The position numbers were made by a program, and so were the translations under genes. From the NCBI GenBank assembly GCA_046539845.1, contig JBKHGE010000015.1:1-46194 (forward strand): a DNA stretch of 46,194 bases, in the 5' to 3' direction. Positions within the stretch are counted from its first letter, which is position 1. Every line of letters starts with the position of its first letter. Shown one piece after another: positions 21,221 to 28,578 of the stretch. The stretch is from Desulfonatronovibrionaceae bacterium (lineage in GTDB: Bacteria > Desulfobacterota > Desulfovibrionia > Desulfovibrionales > Desulfonatronovibrionaceae). The notes beneath the pieces were generated by a model that saw only the letters and a list, made by a program, of their open reading frames with translations, was not told the origin of the DNA and ran no database searches.

Positions 21221-22954
21221 ATGTTACGCGGTTTTTTCTCCCTGAGTGACCAAAACCCCCCGGAAAATACCGGTACAGGTGGGGAATCCGCAGATCCCGG
21301 CAGGTATATCACCTTACGCCGCAATCTCCTTTTGATTATGCTTGCGGTTTCAGTTTTTCCCCTGCTGCTCATTTCTGCCATCAGCCACACCGAGGCCCGG
21401 CAGGCCATGAAAGAGGAGGCCCTGGCCCCGCTAAAGAGACTGGTGAACAAGACCAAGCACTCTTTTGAGCTCTTTCTGGCCGAACGCAAATCCGCAGTGA
21501 GCTTTATCGCCAGTGCATACAGTTATGAGACCCTGTCCGACCAGAGGCGTCTGGAAAAGATATTTTCTGTAATGCGTAAGGAATTCGGGGGTTTTGTCGA
21601 CCTGGGGCTGATCGACAGCAGCGGGGAGCAGAAGAGCTATGTGGGACCGTACAAGCTCCAGGGCAAGCAATATGAGGAGCAGGAATGGTTTCGGGAGGTC
21701 ATGGTTAAAGGCACGCATATAAGCGATGTATTCTTGGGCTACCGCAGCTTCCCCCATCTTGTGATCGCTGTGAAGCACACCAGCTCCGAGGGCCGGTCAT
21801 GGATCCTCCGGGCCACCATAGACACCAACCGGTTTTCCGAGCTTATTGGGTCCATGGGTCTTGATTCCAGGAGCGAGGCCTTTATCCTCAATCAGGAAGG
21901 TGTGCTCCAGACCAGATCGGATATGTTCGCCAGCACCTTGAGACCTCTTTCCCTGGACCTGCCTCGTTCACGTCTGGAGGCGGATTCCTTTTTTACTAAG
22001 GACCAAAAGGGCTCGGATCTGCTTTTGGTCCACGCCGCTATTGCCGATTCCCCGTTCAGGCTGGTTCTGGCCCAGCCTTATTCCGTGGCCATAGAGGCCT
22101 GGCAGGCCCTGCAGCGCAAAATGCTGGTCGTTTTCGTGATCTGTCTGCTTTTTATCGGCACGGCAGTGCACTTAATCAGCACCCGCCTGGTCGGGCGCAT
22201 CGAGACCGCTGATCTCAAACGCGAAGCAGCCCTGCATAATATGGAGCATACCAACAAGCTGGCCTCTGTGGGCAGACTGGCCGCTGGGGTGGCCCACGAG
22301 ATCAATAATCCCGTTGCCATTATCAATGAAAAGGCCGGGCTTATGGAGGATTTGGTCCGAAACACCCCGGAGATGCCTCATCAAAAGCGTTTTTTGCAGC
22401 TCACGGATTCCATTGCCCAGTCCGTGGAGAGGTGCAGCCTGATCACCCATCGCCTTTTGGGTTTTGCCAAACGTATGGATGTAAGCATGGAGCTGGTGGA
22501 TATAAACGAGGTCCTTTTGGAGGTCATAAGCTTTTTGAACCGGGAGGCGGAGCATCGTAAGGTAGAGCTCATAAAGGATATGGATGAGGAGCTGTCCCGG
22601 ATTGAATCCGATCACGGCCAATTGCAACAGGTGTTTTTGAATCTCTTGAACAATGCCCTGGATGCAGTGGGGCAAGGGGGCCGCATAGAGGTAAAAACCT
22701 TTCAGCCCCAGGCGGACACTGTGTCCGTGGCCATAGAAGACAACGGATGCGGCATGTCCCCCGAGGTTCTGAGCCGAATCTACGAGCCGTTTTTTACCAC
22801 CCGCGGTTCAGCCGGAACCGGCCTGGGTCTGTCCATTACCTATGGCCTGGTCCAGAGACTGGGCGGGAGCATAGATATCCACAGCGAAGAGGGTAAAGGC
22901 AGCAGATTCACCGTACATCTTCCACTTAATCCACCAAACAAGGGAGAGATTTAG
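21221..22954 (+). CDS. Membrane sensor histidine kinase with extracytoplasmic Cache-like domain
   Basis: Two TMs flanking a large sensor domain; H-box AHEINNP, N-box NLLNNA, DNGCG, FFTT, GTGLGL. Confidence 0.95.
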   Translation: MLRGFFSLSDQNPPENTGTGGESADPGRYITLRRNLLLIMLAVSVFPLLLISAISHTEARQAMKEEALAPLKRLVNKTKHSFELFLAERKSAVSFIASAYSYETLSDQRRLEKIFSVMRKEFGGFVDLGLIDSSGEQKSYVGPYKLQGKQYEEQEWFREVMVKGTHISDVFLGYRSFPHLVIAVKHTSSEGRSWILRATIDTNRFSELIGSMGLDSRSEAFILNQEGVLQTRSDMFASTLRPLSLDLPRSRLEADSFFTKDQKGSDLLLVHAAIADSPFRLVLAQPYSVAIEAWQALQRKMLVVFVICLLFIGTAVHLISTRLVGRIETADLKREAALHNMEHTNKLASVGRLAAGVAHEINNPVAIINEKAGLMEDLVRNTPEMPHQKRFLQLTDSIAQSVERCSLITHRLLGFAKRMDVSMELVDINEVLLEVISFLNREAEHRKVELIKDMDEELSRIESDHGQLQQVFLNLLNNALDAVGQGGRIEVKTFQPQADTVSVAIEDNGCGMSPEVLSRIYEPFFTTRGSAGTGLGLSITYGLVQRLGGSIDIHSEEGKGSRFTVHLPLNPPNKGEI

Positions 22955-22957
22955 ACC

Positions 22958-23335
22958 ATGACCGCTTACACCGTTTTGCTGGTTGACGACGAAATAGATT
23001 TCGTGTCCACCCTGGCCGAGCGTCTCCAGATGCGCGACTTCAACGCAGTTGTGGCCACGGACGGCTACGAGGCTTTGGAATATATACAGCAGCACCAGCC
23101 CCGTGTGGTTGTCCTGGACATTATGATGCCTGGTCTGGACGGACTGGACGTGCTGGCCCAGATAAAAAGCAACTACCCGTCTATCCAGGTCATACTTCTG
23201 ACCGGACGGGGGGGGACTCAGGAAGGGATCCAGGGCATGCGCCTGGGGGCTTTCGACTACATAGTCAAGCCGATCAAGCTGGAGATTTTGCTGGAAAAGA
23301 TGAATCAGGCCCTTAAGGCTGTAGAGGAGGGATAA
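22958..23335 (+). CDS. Single-domain response regulator (receiver)
   Basis: LVDDE, VLDIMMPG, LTG, KP; no output domain. Confidence 0.95.
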   Translation: MTAYTVLLVDDEIDFVSTLAERLQMRDFNAVVATDGYEALEYIQQHQPRVVVLDIMMPGLDGLDVLAQIKSNYPSIQVILLTGRGGTQEGIQGMRLGAFDYIVKPIKLEILLEKMNQALKAVEEG

Positions 23336-23336
23336 G

Positions 23337-24005
23337 GTGAATGAGCACAAGGCCGCCTTTATAGAAAGAATATCCGCGGCAGCCACGCATGAAATATTGA
23401 ACGGGCTGGCCTCAGTAGGTCAGTCCTGCGGGCTTATGCAGGACTTGATGGCCTTGGGCCTGACCAGGGGATGGATGGGCAAACTCAAATATATGCTGGC
23501 CGGAAGAGGCCGGCCCCCGGATGCCGGGAAGCGTTTTGAGAAGTCCCTTGTGGCCGTAAACCAGGGGATGAAGAAAGCAAGGCGGACCACCCGGGCCCTG
23601 AATAGGTTCATTCACAGTCTTACCCCAAGCGGGGAAGAGGAGCCGGTCCATCAGCTGTTGGAGGTAACGGCCGTCCTCATGCACCCTTTCGCCGGCAGGA
23701 AAAAGACCGAGCTCGAGGTGCGGGACCCGGACCGCGGGCTTGTCTGTCCGGTCTCCTCCTTTTTGGTCTACCGGACCCTGGCGGCCTGTGTGGACGCCTT
23801 TGTGGATAAAGCTGTAGAGGATCAGATCTATCTGTCCTGCTACAAACAGGGGCAAAATGCTGTCTGCAGCGTGCAGTCCTTAAAAGTCAAATGCACTGAA
23901 GATATGTCCCGGGACCTGGATGCGCTCCGCCAGGAATTGCAGGCAGAAAAATGCACCCTAAAGGCAGCCTCGACCGGGTTTTTACTCGTCCTGCCCCTGT
24001 CCTGA
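23337..24005 (+). CDS. Degenerate histidine-kinase-like protein (possible phosphotransferase)
   Basis: H-box-like AATHEILNGLASV retained; no recognisable N/G1/F/G2 boxes; GTG start after AGGAGG. Confidence 0.6.
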   Translation: MNEHKAAFIERISAAATHEILNGLASVGQSCGLMQDLMALGLTRGWMGKLKYMLAGRGRPPDAGKRFEKSLVAVNQGMKKARRTTRALNRFIHSLTPSGEEEPVHQLLEVTAVLMHPFAGRKKTELEVRDPDRGLVCPVSSFLVYRTLAACVDAFVDKAVEDQIYLSCYKQGQNAVCSVQSLKVKCTEDMSRDLDALRQELQAEKCTLKAASTGFLLVLPLS

Positions 24006-24198
24006 AAGCGCCTGCTTCTGCGGCTTTAAGACCCCGGTCTTTGCGAGCCGGGAAGTATTCCCAAAGTCCATGTTCACGGAATGTGGCAACTTTCTCAAGT
24101 ACCCGCCTGAACAAAATCCGATTGCTTTGATCGAAAAGGCCGTTTTTGAATCCGGGCTGTTTTGTTGCTTATTGTCTCTTTGTCCGGCCTTCTCCCGT

Positions 24199-24219
24199 CC
24201 CGTTTTGTTGCAAAACGGG
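24199..24219. promoter_or_regulatory. Perfect inverted repeat, candidate activator site (UAS)
   Basis: CCCGTTTTG-TTG-CAAAACGGG about 50 bp upstream of the sigma54 -24 element. Confidence 0.55.
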
Positions 24220-24270
24220 CATTCGAGAATTGTTTTTATCTACTAAGCTTAAATAATTAAATAAAATAGA

Positions 24271-24286
24271 TGGCACATCAATTGCT
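24271..24286 (+). promoter_or_regulatory. Sigma54 (RpoN) -24/-12 promoter
   Basis: TGGCAC-ATCAA-TTGCT matches TGGCAC-N5-TTGC exactly; AT-rich tract upstream; 71 bp before the next ATG. Confidence 0.88.
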
Positions 24287-24357
24287 CTAATTTTCACAAA
24301 GGGGGTCGCTGATCGGTTTGGCCGCCCCGGGGAGAATGCAGAGAAAAGGAGGGGGAC

Positions 24358-24882
24358 ATGAGTAAGGAAAAATTCAAGGTCCTTTTGGTGGACGATGAGA
24401 AAGAGTTTGTGGAGAGCCTGTCCGAGCGTCTGCAGCTGCGCAATCTGGATGCAGAGGTCGCCTACGACGGCGAACAGGCGCTGCAAGCCTTGGCCGAGGG
24501 CAAGGAGCCGGATGTTATGGTCCTGGATCTGCGTATGCCCGGAATAGACGGCATAGACGTTTTGCGCCGGGTACGCAAAACCCATCCGGAAATGCGCGTG
24601 GTCATCTTGACCGGGCACGGCACGAGCAAAGACGAGGAGGCGGCCAAACAGCTCGGGGCCTTTGAGTACATGGAAAAGCCTGTGGAGATTGAACATCTGG
24701 ATTCCACACTGCGCCGGGCGTGGAGAAGCCTGAAGCAGATGAAGGAGCGGGTGGATCAGGCCTGGATGGCCACGAGCTTTGCCGAGGCCGGGCAGTCCGA
24801 TTATGCCGCTGAGATGATGCACGAACTGGAGAAAAAGCACCGTTCCGAGGAGGAGCAAGAAAAGTCTGAAGATAAAAAGTGA
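24358..24882 (+). CDS. Response regulator receiver with C-terminal helical tail
   Basis: LVDDE, VLDLRMPG, LTGHG, KP; tail ...MATSFAEAGQSDYAAEMM; GGAGGGGG RBS. Confidence 0.93.
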   Translation: MSKEKFKVLLVDDEKEFVESLSERLQLRNLDAEVAYDGEQALQALAEGKEPDVMVLDLRMPGIDGIDVLRRVRKTHPEMRVVILTGHGTSKDEEAAKQLGAFEYMEKPVEIEHLDSTLRRAWRSLKQMKERVDQAWMATSFAEAGQSDYAAEMMHELEKKHRSEEEQEKSEDKK

Positions 24883-24918
24883 GTGCGACTAATACATCTG
24901 TGACTAGAGAGGGCGGCA

Positions 24919-26037
24919 ATGCGGGACATGATCAAAAACCTGGCCCGGAAAGGCGGCCGCGGCGGCTATTATCAGCATCTGCAAAGGGTGTTTCTGTTCA
25001 ATTCCCTGCTGGTGCCGGTGGTGCCCATGCTCCTGTTGGCGGCGGTAATCATCTTTGAATACGACCTCCGCTACAGCAGCCTGGTGCACCCCGTGGCCGT
25101 CCGATCATTGGATAGTGCGGACGCCTATCTTGCCCGGGCCAGACTGCTCTCTCTGGGGGTAATGCTGGCGGCTGTGGTCTTTATCGTCCTGCGGGCCAGG
25201 AGTCTTTCCCGGCGCATGGCCGAACGCATAGTCCGGATCGATCAGGAAAAGCAGAGATTGAACGAACAGATGTTCCAGACAGCCAAACTGGCCTCCATTG
25301 GAGAACTGGCTGCCGGGACTGCACACGAGATAAACAATCCCCTGGCGGTGATCCTGGAAGAGGCCGGCTGGATGGCCGACCTCCTTGAGGAAGAGGAGCT
25401 TAAACAGACTGAAAACAGCTCTGAATTCGCAAGATCTCTGGAGCAGATTCGGGTCCAGGGCCAGCGGTGCAAGGAAATAACCCGCAAATTGTTGAGCTTT
25501 GCCCGCAAACAGGATTCTGATGCGGCTGAGGTCCGGATCAACAGCCTTCTGGAAGACCTCTTGGCAGTTGTCCAAAGAAGGGCCCGGAAGCGGGGCATAA
25601 GGCTTAATCCCTCCATCCAGAAGGACCTCCCCCGGGTGTTTATTTCCTATTCCGAGCTGCAGCAGGTGCTTTTCAATCTGATCAACAATGCCTTTGACGC
25701 CATGGATCCGGAGGGAGGGGAATTAGATATCCGTATCTATAGAGAAAAGGAGGAGATTGTCCTCGAGGTGGAGGATACCGGAGTAGGGATCGAGCCGGAG
25801 CAGATGGAGCGGGTCTTTGATCCGTTTTATAGCACCAAGCCGGCCGGACAGGGGACCGGCCTGGGCCTGTCCATCTGCTACGGGCTGGTCCGCAAGTGGG
25901 GGGGGCAGATCCGGGCAAGCAGTACGCCCGGCAAAGGTACCCTGATCAGGTTCACCATTCCTTTGTCCCTTGCCGACCATGCTTCGGGCCGGAACGGTGA
26001 GGATGTACGGGCAGAGTCCCGGAACAATGAGGGCTGA
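24919..26037 (+). CDS. Membrane histidine kinase with very short sensor loop
   Basis: Two TMs; H-box AHEINNP, NLINNA, DTGVG, FYSTK, GTGLGL. Confidence 0.94.
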   Translation: MRDMIKNLARKGGRGGYYQHLQRVFLFNSLLVPVVPMLLLAAVIIFEYDLRYSSLVHPVAVRSLDSADAYLARARLLSLGVMLAAVVFIVLRARSLSRRMAERIVRIDQEKQRLNEQMFQTAKLASIGELAAGTAHEINNPLAVILEEAGWMADLLEEEELKQTENSSEFARSLEQIRVQGQRCKEITRKLLSFARKQDSDAAEVRINSLLEDLLAVVQRRARKRGIRLNPSIQKDLPRVFISYSELQQVLFNLINNAFDAMDPEGGELDIRIYREKEEIVLEVEDTGVGIEPEQMERVFDPFYSTKPAGQGTGLGLSICYGLVRKWGGQIRASSTPGKGTLIRFTIPLSLADHASGRNGEDVRAESRNNEG

Positions 26038-26040
26038 ATT

Positions 26041-26499
26041 ATGAATGAAGAATCCAGAAATAATATTCGGGTGTTGCTCGTGGACGATGAAGTGGATTTC
26101 ATGGAGACCCTGGTCAAGAGGATGAAGAAACGGGGCTTAAACGTAAAAGGGGTGAAAAGCGGGGAAGAGGCCTTGGCGGTTTTGGGGGAGGAAACTTTTC
26201 AGGTGGTGGTCCTGGACGTAAAAATGCCCGGCATGAACGGGATAGAGGTTTTAAAGATCATCAAAAAACGCCATCCCCGTGCAGAGGTGATCATGCTCAC
26301 CGGACACGCCAGTCTTGAGCTAGCCATGCAGGGCATGGAAAGCGGGGCCTACGACTACCTGATGAAACCCATGGACCTGGATGAGCTGATCTACAAGATA
26401 GAGGACGCTTATGAGAGCTGTCTGCTCCGGGTCAGACAGGCCGAAGTCTTCGGAGACGTCGGCAGGGAAAAAACAAGTTCCCATAAAGAGACAAAGTGA
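26041..26499 (+). CDS. Single-domain response regulator (receiver)
   Basis: LVDDE, VLDVKMPG, LTGH, KP. Confidence 0.94.
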   Translation: MNEESRNNIRVLLVDDEVDFMETLVKRMKKRGLNVKGVKSGEEALAVLGEETFQVVVLDVKMPGMNGIEVLKIIKKRHPRAEVIMLTGHASLELAMQGMESGAYDYLMKPMDLDELIYKIEDAYESCLLRVRQAEVFGDVGREKTSSHKETK

Positions 26500-26515
26500 T
26501 GGAATGGAGGCAGCT

Positions 26516-27820
26516 ATGCGATTCTTTAGCGCACTTGGCGAGTTTATGATGGCCGGGGCCAGGGCCCACGCCAATTGGGAGATAAACAATGCCAATATCA
26601 TAATGGGCAGCCGCAGGCGGCTGTGTGTTCTGGTGGCCATGCTCATCCCTGTGGTCCTGGGCCTTATGGCCGGGTTTGTCTTTGCCGACGATTTGGGAAG
26701 GGCCCTGCCCGGGTCGCTGGGCGGGAAAAGCGCTTATACGCCGGCTTTTTATTCCACGGGCATATTCGTGGTATCCATCCTTATCGGGTTGGTGGCCGGG
26801 CTTATAACCGGCTGTATCGGGGCCGGCGGGGGGTTTATTATTGCTCCTGCCTTGATGAGCGCGGGGGTAAAGGGGATATTGGCGGTTGGAACAGATCTTT
26901 TTCACATCTTTGCCAAGGCCATAATGGGCAGCGTCCTGCACCGCAAACTGGGCAACGTGAATGTGCTCCTGGCTGTTGTTTTCCTGATCGGGGCCATTCT
27001 GGGCGCCTCGCTCGGGGGCTACATAAACAGGGTTTTGTACGACATAAACCCTGTGCTCTCAGATGCCTTTATCACCACCATCTATTCAGTTATGCTAGGT
27101 TTTCTGGGTATTTATGCCTTGGTGGATTTCCTGCGGGCCCGTCGTGTTCAGAAGGGAAAGCCCTTTTCCGGAGACAAAGGCCAAGACAGCCGGGCCGAAG
27201 GCGTGGACATGGGCGGTCTTCCCCGCCGGGTGCAGAAGGCGAGAATCCCGCCCAAGATCAAATTTGACGAGGATATCACTCCGGGCGGCCGTTCTGTATC
27301 CTGGCTGTTTTTGGTCCTTTCCGGGGCCCTTGTGGGCATGGCCGCCGGAATAATGGGAGTCGGAGGGGGATTCTTGACCTTCCCCATCTTTGTCTATGTC
27401 CTGGGTGTCTCCTCTGCGACCACAGTAGGTACGGATATTTTTCAGATCATCTTTACCGCCGGGTATGCCTCCATCAGCCAGTACGCTATCTATGGGTTCA
27501 TCTTCTACACCCTGGCCATGGGCATGCTGATCGGTTCCCTTTTGGGCATCCAGCTCGGGGCCATGGTGACCAAGGTGGTTCCGGGGATCACCATCCGCGG
27601 CTTTTACGCCACAGCGGTCCTGTCCGGGTTTGTCAACCGTATTTTCGCCCTGCCCTCCAAGTTGACGGATATGGACATTATCGCTCTTTCGCCCGCTTGG
27701 TGCAAAGGCCTGGAGCAATTCGGCAACTATGCATTTTTTATCGTCCTCGGTCTGTTCGCGGTCTGGGTTCTGTTCACCTTTTTCAAAAATATCCCTGTCT
27801 TGCGCGGTAGAGAAGCATAG
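26516..27820 (+). CDS. TauE/SafE (TSUP) family membrane transporter
   Basis: Duplicated GxGGG motifs (GCIGAGGGF, GIMGVGGGF), AVGTDL/TVGTDI and many TMs; GGAGG RBS before ATG 26516. Confidence 0.88.
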   Translation: MRFFSALGEFMMAGARAHANWEINNANIIMGSRRRLCVLVAMLIPVVLGLMAGFVFADDLGRALPGSLGGKSAYTPAFYSTGIFVVSILIGLVAGLITGCIGAGGGFIIAPALMSAGVKGILAVGTDLFHIFAKAIMGSVLHRKLGNVNVLLAVVFLIGAILGASLGGYINRVLYDINPVLSDAFITTIYSVMLGFLGIYALVDFLRARRVQKGKPFSGDKGQDSRAEGVDMGGLPRRVQKARIPPKIKFDEDITPGGRSVSWLFLVLSGALVGMAAGIMGVGGGFLTFPIFVYVLGVSSATTVGTDIFQIIFTAGYASISQYAIYGFIFYTLAMGMLIGSLLGIQLGAMVTKVVPGITIRGFYATAVLSGFVNRIFALPSKLTDMDIIALSPAWCKGLEQFGNYAFFIVLGLFAVWVLFTFFKNIPVLRGREA

Positions 27821-27850
27821 GAGTAATGAAAATGGTCCGGAGGTGTTAAT

Positions 27851-28549
27851 ATGATGACTGAAGAAAGGAAAAGAAAAAGGGAATTTCGTTTGGGGACGCT
27901 GCTCATGGCAGGCTTTTTGGTGGTCCTGGTCCTTATTTTCCTGCCGCTTTTCAACGCCAAAAACGGTATGGAGTACATGGACGATCTGTATAATTCCATC
28001 TCCAAGGGGTCGGCCTATTATATGCCGCAGATGATTGAAATAGCAGAAGACCTGGAAGGAGAACCCATTGAGGGCAGACTGGAGTTTGCAAAAGATATCC
28101 AGGTCGAACGGGTGGCAGAGTTATTTGCGGCCAGCGGGGCCAAGGTCTCTCTGGAAGGCGGTGCGGTGTTGGTTAAGGGGGATCTGGGTCTGATTATGGG
28201 GGCGGCGGTATCTGATGCGGACGATATGTATTACAACAAAGAAAAAGAGGTCTCCAAGCGCTACGGTTATGCGGCCCGAGAGGTGATGTATGATTGGTGG
28301 GCGGCAGCCGGGGCCTTGGACCGGGTTTTGAACCAGGAGAAGCGGTTTGACGCCGCCCAGGAGGTGAGCCGGATCCGGAGCCGGGCCCTGGAAGTGGCCT
28401 ATAACTATTTCGGGGTACAGCCGGAGAAGATAACAGACAAAATAGGAGTAGTCGCCGGCTCCCTTGTGTTTTATGTCCTATATACCCTGTGGTACGGGTT
28501 TGCCATCCTGTTTATGTTCGAGGGCTCCGGGTTCAGATTGGAACATTAG
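27851..28549 (+). CDS. Hypothetical membrane protein (TM-soluble domain-TM)
   Basis: GGAGGT RBS, hydrophobic N- and C-terminal helices, fills the operon gap after the TSUP gene. Confidence 0.8.
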   Translation: MMTEERKRKREFRLGTLLMAGFLVVLVLIFLPLFNAKNGMEYMDDLYNSISKGSAYYMPQMIEIAEDLEGEPIEGRLEFAKDIQVERVAELFAASGAKVSLEGGAVLVKGDLGLIMGAAVSDADDMYYNKEKEVSKRYGYAAREVMYDWWAAAGALDRVLNQEKRFDAAQEVSRIRSRALEVAYNYFGVQPEKITDKIGVVAGSLVFYVLYTLWYGFAILFMFEGSGFRLEH

Positions 28550-28578
28550 TCGAAAGATCGCGGACAAGGGGGTCTGAT

